In this document: piece after piece, positions 1 to 11,700 of the stretch | Layout: each line of letters opens with the position of its first letter | How positions within the stretch are numbered: the stretch's first letter is position 1 | Assembly: GCF_009914755.1 (NCBI RefSeq) | Contig: NC_060928.1 | DNA: 64,000 nt | Source of the DNA: the human T2T-CHM13v2.0 reference genome, Homo sapiens | Direction: 5' to 3' (one strand) | The notes under the pieces: model-generated | The model's database searches: none | What the model saw: the letters and a program-made list of their open reading frames with translations, nothing else | What the model was told of the DNA's origin: nothing | Made by a program: the position numbers and the translations under genes

Positions 1-3000
1 GAAACACTCTTTTTGTAGAATCTGCAGGTGGATATTTGGATAGCTTAGAGGGATTCGTTGGAAAGGGGATATCTTCATATAAAATCTAGACAGAAGCATT
101 CTCAGAAACTTATTTGTGATGTGTGTCCTCAACTAACAGAGTTGAACCTTGGTTTTGATACAGCATTTTGGAAACACTCCTTTTGTAGAATCTGCAGGTG
201 GATATGTGGATAGCTTTGAAGATTTCGTTGGAAACGGGAATTTCTTCATATAAAATCAAACAGAAGCATTCTCAGAAACTTCTCAGTGATGTTTGCATTC
301 AGCTCATGGAGTTGAACACTTCCTTTCATAGAGCCGGTTTGAAACACTCTTTCTGCACTACCTGGAAGAGGACATTTCGAGCGCTTTGAGTCCTATGGTG
401 AAAAAGGAAATATCTTCTCATAGAAACCAGAAAGAAGCATTCTCAGAAACTTCTTTGTGTTGTGTGTACTCATGTAACAGTGTTGAACCATCCTTTTGAC
501 AGAGCAGTTTTGAAACACTCTTTTTGTAGAATCTGCAAGTGGATATTTGGATAGCTTTGAGGATTTCGTTGGAAACGGGATGACATATAGTATCTAGAGA
601 GAAGCATTCTCAGGAACTTCTTTGTGATGTTTGCATTCAAGTCACAGAATTGAACATTCCCTTTCATAGAGCAGGTTTGAAACACTCTTTCTCTAGTATC
701 TGGAAGTGGGCATTTCAAGCGCTTTCAGGCCTATGGAGAGAAAGGAAATACCTTCAAATAAAAACTAGACAGAAGCATTCTCAGAAACTTATTTGTGATG
801 TGTGTCCTCAACTAACAGAGTTGAACCTTTGTTTTGATACAGCATTTTGGAAACACTCCTTTTGTAGAATCTGCAGGTGGATATTTGGATAGCTTTGAAG
901 ATTTCGTTGGAAACCGGAATATCTTCATATAAAATCAAGACAGAAGCATTCTCGGAAACATCTCTGTGATGTTTGCATTCAACTCAGTAGAGTTGAACAC
1001 TTCCTTTCATAGAGCAGGTTTGAAACACTCTTTCTGCACTACCTGGAAGCGGACATTTCGAGCGCTTTGAGGCCTATGGTGAAAAAGGAAATATCTTCTC
1101 ATAAAAACCAGAAAGAAGCATTCTCAGAAACTTCTTTGTGTTGTGTGTACTCAAGTAACAGTGTTGAACCTTCCTTTTGACACAGCAGTTTTGAAACACT
1201 CTTTTGGTAGAATCTGCAAGTGGATATTTGGATAGCTTTGAGGATTTCGTTGGAAACGGGTTATCTTCATATAAAATCCAGACAGGAGCATTCTCAGAAA
1301 CTTCTTTGTGCTGTATGTCCTCAATTCACAGAGCTGAACCTTTGTTTGGATACAGCATTTTGGAAACATTCCTTTAGTAGAATCTGCAAGTTGATATTTA
1401 GATAGCTTTGAAGATTTCGTTGGAAACGGGAATATCTTCATAGAAAATCTAGACGGAAGCATTCTCAGAAACTGCTTTGTGATGTTTGCATTCAAGTCAC
1501 AGAGTTGAATATTCCCTTTTATAGAGTAGGTTTGAAACACTCTTTCGGCACTACCTGGAAGTGGATATTTCGAGCTCTTTGAGGCCTATGGTTAAAAGGA
1601 AATATCTTCCCATAAAAACTAGACAGAAGCCGTCTCAGAAACTTGTTTGTGATGTGTGTATTCAACTAACAGAGTTGAACATTTCTGTTACAGAGCAATT
1701 TTAAAACACTCTTTTTGTGGAATCTGAAAGTGGATAATTGGATAGCTTTGTGGATTTCGTTGGAAACGGGATGACGTATAAAATCTAGAGAGAAGCATTC
1801 TCAGGAACTTCTTTCTGATGTTTGCATTCAAGTCACAGAATTGAACATTCCTTTTCATAGTGCAGGTTTGAAACACTCTTTCTGTAGTATCTGGAAGTGG
1901 ACATTTCAAGCGCTTTCAGGCCTACGGGGAGAAAGGAAATATCTTCAAATAAAAACTAGACAGAAGGATTCTCAGAAACTTATTTGTGATGTGTGTCCTA
2001 AACGAACACAGTTGAACCTTTGTTTTGATACAGCATTTTGGAAACACTCCTTTTGTAGGATCTGCAGGTGGATATTTGGATAGATTTTAAGATTTCGTTG
2101 GAAACGGGAGTTTCTTCATAGAAACTCAAGACAGATGCATTCTCAGAAACATCTCTGTGATGTTTGCATTCCACTCATAGAGTTGAAAACTTCCTTTCAT
2201 AGAGCAGGTTTGAAACACTCTTTTTGTAATATTTGGAAGTGGACATTTGCAGCGCTTTGAGGCCTATGGTGAAAAAGGAAATATCTTCTCATAAAAACCA
2301 GAAACAAGCATTCTCAGAAACTTCTTTTTGATGTGTGTACTCAAGTAACAGAGTTGAACCTTCCTTTTGACACAGCAGTTTTGAAACAATCTTTTTGTAG
2401 AATCTGCAAGTGGATATTTGGATAGCTTTGAGGATTTCGTTGGAAACGGGATATCTTCATATAAAATCTAGACAGAAGCATTCTCAGAAACTTCTTTGTG
2501 CTGTATGTCCTCAATTAACAGAGTTGAACCATTGCTTGGATACAGCATTTTGGAAACATTCCTTGAGTAGAATCTGCAAGTTGATATTTAGATAGATTTG
2601 AAGATTTCGTTGGAAAAGGGAATATCTCCATATAAAATCTAGAGGGAAGCATTCTCAGAAACTGCTTTGTGATGTTTCCATTCAAGTCACAGAGTTGAAT
2701 ATTCCCTTTTATAGAGCACGTTTGAAACACTCTTTCTGCACTATCTGGAAGTGGACATTTCGAGCGCTTTGAGGCCTATGGTGAAAAAGGAAATATCTTC
2801 CCATAAAAACTAGACAGAAGCATTCTCAGAAACTTGTTTGTGATGTGTGTATTCAACTAACAGAGTTGAACTTTTGTTTTTACAGAGCCGTTTTAAAACA
2901 CTCTTTTTGTGGAATCAGAAAGTGGATATTCGGATGGCTCTGAGGATTTCGTTGGAAGCAGGATTACATATAAAATCTAGAGAGAAGCATTCTCAGGAAC

Positions 3001-3158
3001 TTCTTTGTGATGTTTGCATTGAAGTCACAGAATTGAACATTCACTTTGATAGAGCAGGTTTGAAACACTCATTCTGTAGTATCTGGAAGTGGACATTTCA
3101 AGCGCTTTCAGGCCTATGGTGAGAAAGGAAATATCTTCGAATAAAAACTAGACAGAAG

Positions 3159-5541
3159 CATTCTCAGAAACTTATTTGTGATGTGTGTCCTCAACTAACA
3201 GAGTTGAACCTTTGTTTTGATACAGCATTTTGGAAACACTCCTTTTGTAGAATCTGCAGGTGGATATTTGGATAGCTTTGAAGATTTCGTTGGAAACCGG
3301 AATATCTTCATATAAAATCAAGACAGAAGCATTCTCGGAAACATCTCTGTGATGTTTGCATTCAACTCAGTAGAGTTGAACACTTCCTTTCATAGAGCAG
3401 GTTTGAAACACTCTTTCTGCACTACCTGGAAGCGGACATTTCGAGCGCTTTGAGGCCTATGGTGAAAAAGGAAATATCTTCTCATAAAAACCAGAAAGAA
3501 GCATTCTCAGAAACTTCTTTGTGTTGTGTGTACTCAAGTAACAGTGTTGAACCTTCCTTTTGACACAGCAGTTTTGAAACACTCTTTTGGTAGAATCTGC
3601 AAGTGGATATTTGGATAGCTTTGAGGATTTCGTTGGAAACGGGTTATCTTCATATAAAATCCAGACAGGAGCATTCTCAGAAACTTCTTTGTGCTGTATG
3701 TCCTCAATTCACAGAGCTGAACCTTTGTTTGGATACAGCATTTTGGAAACATTCCTTTAGTAGAATCTGCAAGTTGATATTTAGATAGCTTTGAAGATTT
3801 CGTTGGAAACGGGAATATCTTCATAGAAAATCTAGACGGAAGCATTCTCAGAAACTGCTTTGTGATGTTTGCATTCAAGTCACAGAGTTGAATATTCCCT
3901 TTTATAGAGTAGGTTTGAAACACTCTTTCGGCACTACCTGGAAGTGGATATTTCGAGCTCTTTGAGGCCTATGGTTAAAAGGAAATATCTTCCCATAAAA
4001 ACTAGACAGAAGCCGTCTCAGAAACTTGTTTGTGATGTGTGTATTCAACTAACAGAGTTGAACATTTCTGTTACAGAGCAATTTTAAAACACTCTTTTTG
4101 TGGAATCTGAAAGTGGATAATTGGATAGCTTTGTGGATTTCGTTGGAAACGGGATGACGTATAAAATCTAGAGAGAAGCATTCTCAGGAACTTCTTTCTG
4201 ATGTTTGCATTCAAGTCACAGAATTGAACATTCCTTTTCATAGTGCAGGTTTGAAACACTCTTTCTGTAGTATCTGGAAGTGGACATTTCAAGCGCTTTC
4301 AGGCCTACGGGGAGAAAGGAAATATCTTCAAATAAAAACTAGACAGAAGGATTCTCAGAAACTTATTTGTGATGTGTGTCCTAAACGAACACAGTTGAAC
4401 CTTTGTTTTGATACAGCATTTTGGAAACACTCCTTTTGTAGGATCTGCAGGTGGATATTTGGATAGATTTTAAGATTTCGTTGGAAACGGGAGTTTCTTC
4501 ATAGAAACTCAAGACAGATGCATTCTCAGAAACATCTCTGTGATGTTTGCATTCCACTCATAGAGTTGAAAACTTCCTTTCATAGAGCAGGTTTGAAACA
4601 CTCTTTTTGTAATATTTGGAAGTGGACATTTGCAGCGCTTTGAGGCCTATGGTGAAAAAGGAAATATCTTCTCATAAAAACCAGAAACAAGCATTCTCAG
4701 AAACTTCTTTTTGATGTGTGTACTCAAGTAACAGAGTTGAACCTTCCTTTTGACACAGCAGTTTTGAAACAATCTTTTTGTAGAATCTGCAAGTGGATAT
4801 TTGGATAGCTTTGAGGATTTCGTTGGAAACGGGATATCTTCATATAAAATCTAGACAGAAGCATTCTCAGAAACTTCTTTGTGCTGTATGTCCTCAATTA
4901 ACAGAGTTGAACCATTGCTTGGATACAGCATTTTGGAAACATTCCTTGAGTAGAATCTGCAAGTTGATATTTAGATAGATTTGAAGATTTCGTTGGAAAA
5001 GGGAATATCTCCATATAAAATCTAGAGGGAAGCATTCTCAGAAACTGCTTTGTGATGTTTCCATTCAAGTCACAGAGTTGAATATTCCCTTTTATAGAGC
5101 ACGTTTGAAACACTCTTTCTGCACTATCTGGAAGTGGACATTTCGAGCGCTTTGAGGCCTATGGTGAAAAAGGAAATATCTTCCCATAAAAACTAGACAG
5201 AAGCATTCTCAGAAACTTGTTTGTGATGTGTGTATTCAACTAACAGAGTTGAACTTTTGTTTTTACAGAGCCGTTTTAAAACACTCTTTTTGTGGAATCA
5301 GAAAGTGGATATTCGGATGGCTCTGAGGATTTCGTTGGAAGCGGGATTACATATAAAATCTAGAGAGAAGCATTCTCAGGAACTTCTTTGTGATGTTTGC
5401 ATTGAAGTCACAGAATTGAACATTCACTTTGATAGAGCAGGTTTGAAACACTCATTCTGTAGTATCTGGAAGTGGACATTTCAAGCGCTTTCAGGCCTAT
5501 GGTGAGAAAGGAAATATCTTCGAATAAAAACTAGACAGAAG
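3159..5541 (+). repeat. 14-mer HOR structural variant (M6-M19, 2,383 bp)
   Basis: The M19 end (ttcgaataaaaactagacagaag) is followed by M6 (box ttcgttggaaaccggaa) instead of M1. ORF markers shift by 2,383 (1220 to 3603, 2847 to 5230). Confidence 0.95.
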
Positions 5542-5667
5542 CATCCTCAGAAACTTATTTGTGATGTGTGTCCTCAACTAACAGAGTTGAAACTTTGTTT
5601 TGATACAGCATTTTGGAAACACTCTTTTTGTAGAATCTGCAGGTGGATATTTGGATAGCTTAGAGGG

Positions 5668-8236
5668 ATTCGTTGGAAAGGGGATATCTTCATATAAAAT
5701 CTAGACAGAAGCATTCTCAGAAACTTATTTGTGATGTGTGTCCTCAACTAACAGAGTTGAACCTTGGTTTTGATACAGCATTTTGGAAACACTCCTTTTG
5801 TAGAATGTGCAGGTGGATATGTGGATAGCTTTGAAGATTTCGTTGGAAACGGGAATTTCTTCATATAAAATCAAACAGAAGCATTCTCAGAAACTTCTCA
5901 GTGATGTTTGCATTCAGCTCATGGAGTTGAACACTTCCTTTCATAGAGCCGGTTTGAAACACTCTTTCTGCACTACCTGGAAGAGGACATTTCGAGCGCT
6001 TTGAGTCCTATGGTGAAAAAGGAAATATCTTCTCATAGAAACCAGAAAGAAGCATTCTCAGAAACTTCTTTGTGTTGTGTGTACTCATGTAACAGTGTTG
6101 AACCATCCTTTTGACAGAGCAGTTTTGAAACACTCTTTTTGTAGAATCTGCAAGTGGATATTTGGATAGCTTTGAGGATTTCGTTGGAAACGGGATGACA
6201 TATAGTATCTAGAGAGAAGCATTCTCAGGAACTTCTTTGTGATGTTTGCATTCAAGTCACAGAATTGAACATTCCCTTTCATAGAGCAGGTTTGAAACAC
6301 TCTTTCTCTAGTATCTGGAAGTGGGCATTTCAAGCGCTTTCAGGCCTATGGAGAGAAAGGAAATACCTTCAAATAAAAACTAGACAGAAGCATTCTCAGA
6401 AACTTATTTGTGATATGTGTCCTCAACTAACAGAGTTGAACCTTTGTTTTGATACAGCATTTTGGAAACACTCCTTTTGTAGAATCTGCAGGTGGATATT
6501 TGGATAGCTTTGAAGATTTCGTTGGAAACCGGAATATCTTCATATAAAATCAAGACAGAAGCATTCTCGGAAACATCTCTGTGATGTTTGCATTCAACTC
6601 AGTAGAGTTGAACACTTCCTTTCATAGAGCAGGTTTGAAACACTCTTTCTGCACTACCTGGAAGCGGACATTTCGAGCGCTTTGAGGCCTATGGTGAAAA
6701 AGGAAATATCTTCTCATAAAAACCAGAAAGAAGCATTCTCAGAAACTTCTTTGTGTTGTGTGTACTCAAGTAACAGTGTTGAACCTTCCTTTTGACAGAG
6801 CAGTTTTGAAACACTCTTTTGGTAGAATCTGCAAGTGGATATTTGGATAGCTTTGAGGATTTCGTTGGAAACGGGTTATCTTCATATAAAATCCAGACAG
6901 GAGCATTCTCAGAAACTTCTTTGTGCTGTATGTCCTCAATTCACAGAGCTGAACCTTTGTTTGGATACAGCATTTTGGAAACATTCCTTTAGTAGAATCT
7001 GCAAGTTGATATTTAGATAGCTTTGAAGATTTCGTTGGAAACGGGAATATCTTCATAGAAAATCTAGACGGAAGCATTCTCAGAAACTGCTTTGTGATGT
7101 TTGCATTCAAGTCACAGAGTTGAATATTCCCTTTTATAGAGTAGGTTTGAAACACTCTTTCGGCACTACCTGGAAGTGGATATTTCGAGCTCTTTGAGGC
7201 CTATGGTTAAAAGGAAATATCTTCCCATAAAAACTAGACAGAAGCCGTCTCAGAAACTTGTTTGTGATGTGTGTATTCAACTAACAGAGTTGAACATTTC
7301 TGTTACAGAGCAATTTTAAAACACTCTTTTTGTGGAATCTGAAAGTGGATAATTGGATAGCTTTGTGGATTTCGTTGGAAACGGGATGACGTATAAAATC
7401 TAGAGAGAAGCATTCTCAGGAACTTCTTTCTGATGTTTGCATTCAAGTCACAGAATTGAACATTCCTTTTCATAGTGCAGGTTTGAAACACTCTTTCTGT
7501 AGTATCTGGAAGTGGACATTTCAAGCGCTTTCAGGCCTACGGGGAGAAAGGAAATATCTTCAAATAAAAACTAGACAGAAGGATTCTCAGAAACTTATTT
7601 GTGATGTGTGTCCTAAACGAACACAGTTGAACCTTTGTTTTGATACAGCATTTTGGAAACACTCCTTTTGTAGGATCTGCAGGTGGATATTTGGATAGAT
7701 TTTAAGATTTCGTTGGAAACGGGAGTTTCTTCATAGAAACTCAAGACAGATGCATTCTCAGAAACATCTCTGTGATGTTTGCATTCCACTCATAGAGTTG
7801 AAAACTTCCTTTCATAGAGCAGGTTTGAAACACTCTTTTTGTAATATTTGGAAGTGGACATTTGCAGCGCTTTGAGGCCTATGGTGAAAAAGGAAATATC
7901 TTCTCATAAAAACCAGAAACAAGCATTCTCAGAAACTTCTTTTTGATGTGTGTACTCAAGTAACAGAGTTGAACCTTCCTTTTGACACAGCAGTTTTGAA
8001 ACAATCTTTTTGTAGAATCTGCAAGTGGATATTTGGATAGCTTTGAGGATTTCGTTGGAAACGGGATATCTTCATATAAAATCTAGACAGAAGCATTCTC
8101 AGAAACTTCTTTGTGCTGTATGTCCTCAATTAACAGAGTTGAACCATTGCTTGGATACAGCATTTTGGAAACATTCCTTGAGTAGAATCTGCAAGTTGAT
8201 ATTTAGATAGATTTGAAGATTTCGTTGGAAAAGGGA
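5668..8236 (+). promoter_or_regulatory. Degenerate CENP-B boxes: 3 per canonical HOR (5668 M1, 6517 M6, 8220 M16)
   Basis: The CGGG core is replaced by GGGG (M1), CCGG (M6) and AGGG (M16); predicted not to bind CENP-B. Confidence 0.85.
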
Positions 8237-8578
8237 ATATCTCCATATAAAATCTAGAGGGAAGCATTCTCAGAAACTGCTTTGTGATGTTTCCATTCAA
8301 GTCACAGAGTTGAATATTCCCTTTTATAGAGCACGTTTGAAACACTCTTTCTGCACTATCTGGAAGTGGACATTTCGAGCGCTTTGAGGCCTATGGTGAA
8401 AAAGGAAATATCTTCCCATAAAAACTAGACAGAAGCATTCTCAGAAACTTGTTTGTGATGTGTGTATTCAACTAACAGAGTTGAACTTTTGTTTTTACAG
8501 AGCCGTTTTAAAACACTCTTTTTGTGGAATCAGAAAGTGGATATTCGGATGGCTCTGAGGATTTCGTTGGAAGCGGGA
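5838..8578 (+). promoter_or_regulatory. CENP-B boxes: 8 intact per canonical HOR (reference copy 5838, 6179, 6860, 7030, 7370, 7708, 8050, 8562; 17 bp each)
   Basis: Each matches nTTCGnnnnAnnCGGGn, e.g. tttcgttggaaacggga, in M2, M4, M8, M9, M11, M13, M15, M18. Repeated in the other HOR copies apart from the variants listed in findings. Confidence 0.95.
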
Positions 8579-8750
8579 TTACATATAAAATCTAGAGAGA
8601 AGCATTCTCAGGAACTTCTTTGTGATGTTTGCATTGAAGTCACAGAATTGAACATTCACTTTGATAGAGCAGGTTTGAAACACTCATTCTGTAGTATCTG
8701 GAAGTGGACATTTCAAGCGCTTTCAGGCCTATGGTGAGAAAGGAAATATC
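6008..8750 (+). promoter_or_regulatory. A-type monomer (pJalpha-type) boxes: 8 per HOR (M3, M5, M7, M10, M12, M14, M17, M19)
   Basis: ctatggtgaaaaaggaaa or close variants (ctatggagagaaagg, ctatggttaaaagg, ctacggggagaaagg, ctatggtgagaaagg) sit at the position homologous to the CENP-B box. Confidence 0.8.
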
Positions 8751-11700
8751 TTCGAATAAAAACTAGACAGAAGCATCCTCAGAAACTTATTTGTGATGTG
8801 TGTCCTCAACTAACAGAGTTGAAACTTTGTTTTGATACAGCATTTTGGAAACACTCTTTTTGTAGAATCTGCAGGTGGATATTTGGATAGCTTAGAGGGA
8901 TTCGTTGGAAAGGGGATATCTTCATATAAAATCTAGACAGAAGCATTCTCAGAAACTTATTTGTGATGTGTGTCCTCAACTAACAGAGTTGAACCTTGGT
9001 TTTGATACAGCATTTTGGAAACACTCCTTTTGTAGAATCTGCAGGTGGATATGTGGATAGCTTTGAAGATTTCGTTGGAAACGGGAATTTCTTCATATAA
9101 AATCAAACAGAAGCATTCTCAGAAACTTCTCAGTGATGTTTGCATTCAGCTCATGGAGTTGAACACTTCCTTTCATAGAGCCGGTTTGAAACACTCTTTC
9201 TGCACTACCTGGAAGAGGACATTTCGAGCGCTTTGAGTCCTATGGTGAAAAAGGAAATATCTTCTCATAGAAACCAGAAAGAAGCATTCTCAGAAACTTC
9301 TTTGTGTTGTGTGTACTCATGTAACAGTGTTGAACCATCCTTTTGACAGAGCAGTTTTGAAACACTCTTTTTGTAGAATCTGCAAGTGGATATTTGGATA
9401 GCTTTGAGGATTTCGTTGGAAAAGGGATGACATATAGTATCTAGAGAGAAGCATTCTCAGGAACTTCTTTGTGATGTTTGCATTCAAGTCACAGAATTGA
9501 ACATTCCCTTTCATAGAGCAGGTTTGAAACACTCTTTCTCTAGTATCTGGAAGTGGGCATTTCAAGCGCTTTCAGGCCTATGGAGAGAAAGGAAATACCT
9601 TCAAATAAAAACTAGACAGAAGCATTCTCAGAAACTTATTTGTGATGTGTGTCCTCAACTAACAGAGTTGAACCTTTGTTTTGATACAGCATTTTGGAAA
9701 CACTCCTTTTGTAGAATCTGCAGGTGGATATTTGGATAGCTTTGAAGATTTCGTTGGAAACCGGAATATCTTCATATAAAATCAAGACAGAAGCATTCTC
9801 GGAAACATCTCTGTGATGTTTGCATTCAACTCAGTAGAGTTGAACACTTCCTTTCATAGAGCAGGTTTGAAACACTCTTTCTGCACTACCTGGAAGCGGA
9901 CATTTCGAGCGCTTTGAGGCCTATGGTGAAAAAGGAAATATCTTCTCATAAAAACCAGAAAGAAGCATTCTCAGAAACTTCTTTGTGTTGTGTGTACTCA
10001 AGTAACAGTGTTGAACCTTCCTTTTGACACAGCAGTTTTGAAACACTCTTTTGGTAGAATCTGCAAGTGGATATTTGGATAGCTTTGAGGATTTCGTTGG
10101 AAACGGGTTATCTTCATATAAAATGCAGACAGGAGCATTCTCAGAAACTTCTTTGTGCTGTATGTCCTCAATGCACAGAGCTGAACCTTTGTTTGGATAC
10201 AGCATTTTGGAAACATTCCTTTAGTAGAATCTGCAAGTTGATATTTAGATAGCTTTGAAGATTTCGTTGGAAACGGGAATATCTTCATAGAAAATCTAGA
10301 CGGAAGCATTCTCAGAAACTGCTTTGTGATGTTTGCATTCAAGTCACAGAGTTGAATATTCCCTTTTATAGAGTAGGTTTGAAACACTCTTTCGGCACTA
10401 CCTGGAAGTGGATATTTCGAGCTCTTTGAGGCCTATGGTTAAAAGGAAATATCTTCCCATAAAAACTAGACAGAAGCCGTCTCAGAAACTTGCTTGTGAT
10501 GTGTGTATTCAACTAACAGAGTTGAACATTTCTGTTACAGAGCAATTTTAAAACACTCTTTTTGTGGAATCTGAAAGTGGATAATTGGATAGCTTTGTGG
10601 ATTTCGTTGGAAACGGGATGACGTATAAAATCTAGAGAGAAGCATTCTCAGGAACTTCTTTCTGATGTTTGCATTCAAGTCACAGAATTGAACATTCCTT
10701 TTCATAGTGCAGGTTTGAAACACTCTTTCTGTAGTATCTGGAAGTGGACATTTCAAGCGCTTTCAGGCCTACGGGGAGAAAGGAAATATCTTCAAATAAA
10801 AACTAGACAGAAGGATTCTCAGAAACTTATTTGTGATGTGTGTCGTAAACGAACACAGTTGAACCTTTGTTTTGATACAGCATTTTGGAAACACTCCTTT
10901 TGTAGGATCTGCAGGTGGATATTTGGATAGATTTTAAGATTTCGTTGGAAACGGGAGTTTCTTCATAGAAACTCAAGACAGATGCATTCTCAGAAACATC
11001 TCTGTGATGTTTGCATTCCACTCATAGAGTTGAAAACTTCCTTTCATAGAGCAGGTTTGAAACACTCTTTTTGTAATATTTGGAAGTGGACATTTGCAGC
11101 GCTTTGAGGCCTATGGTGAAAAAGGAAATATCTTCTCATAAAAACCAGAAACAAGCATTCTCAGAAACTTCTTTTTGATGTGTGTACTCAAGTAACAGAG
11201 TTGAACCTTCCTTTTGACACAGCAGTTTTGAAACAATCTTTTTGTAGAATCTGCAAGTGGATATTTGGATAGCTTTGAGGATTTCGTTGGAAACGGGATA
11301 TCTTCATATAAAATCTAGACAGAAGCATTCTCAGAAACTTCTTTGTGCTGTATGTCCTCAATTAACAGAGTTGAACCATTGCTTGGATACAGCATTTTGG
11401 AAACATTCCTTGAGTAGAATCTGCAAGTTGATATTTAGATAGATTTGAAGATTTCGTTGGAAAAGGGAATATCTCCATATAAAATCTAGAGGGAAGCATT
11501 CTCAGAAACTGCTTTGTGATGTTTCCATTCAAGTCACAGAGTTGAATATTCCCTTTTATAGAGCACGTTTGAAACACTCTTTCTGCACTATCTGGAAGTG
11601 GACATTTCGAGCGCTTTGAGGCCTATGGTGAAAAAGGAAATATCTTCCCATAAAAACTAGACAGAAGCATTCTCAGAAACTTGTTTGTGATGTGTGTATT

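Larger units (their letters stand above)
5542..8773 (+). repeat. D4Z1: Reference copy of the 19-mer, 3,232-bp HOR; probably human chr4 D4Z1 (S2C4H1L, SF2)
   Basis: The unique marker 'gcatcctcag' recurs at 5542, 8774, 12006 (period 3,232) with 19 monomer starts between markers. A 19-mer/3.2-kb SF2 HOR is the established unit of D4Z1. One SacI site (gagctc, M10) per unit; two MspI sites (ccgg at 5949 and 6529) predict ~0.58 + 2.65 kb fragments. Chromosome assignment is from recalled knowledge, not an alignment. Confidence 0.88.

Noticed and set aside
97-115. Short dyad symmetries (ttctcagaa, agcgct, tctaga) as cruciform or terminator signals
   Set aside because: These are generic features of alphoid consensus, too short to support a specific structure without folding calculations.
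1770-1780. tgacgt (CRE-like half site) followed by a TATA-like tataaaa in M11
   Set aside because: A chance-level short match in AT-rich satellite; no evidence of promoter function from sequence alone.
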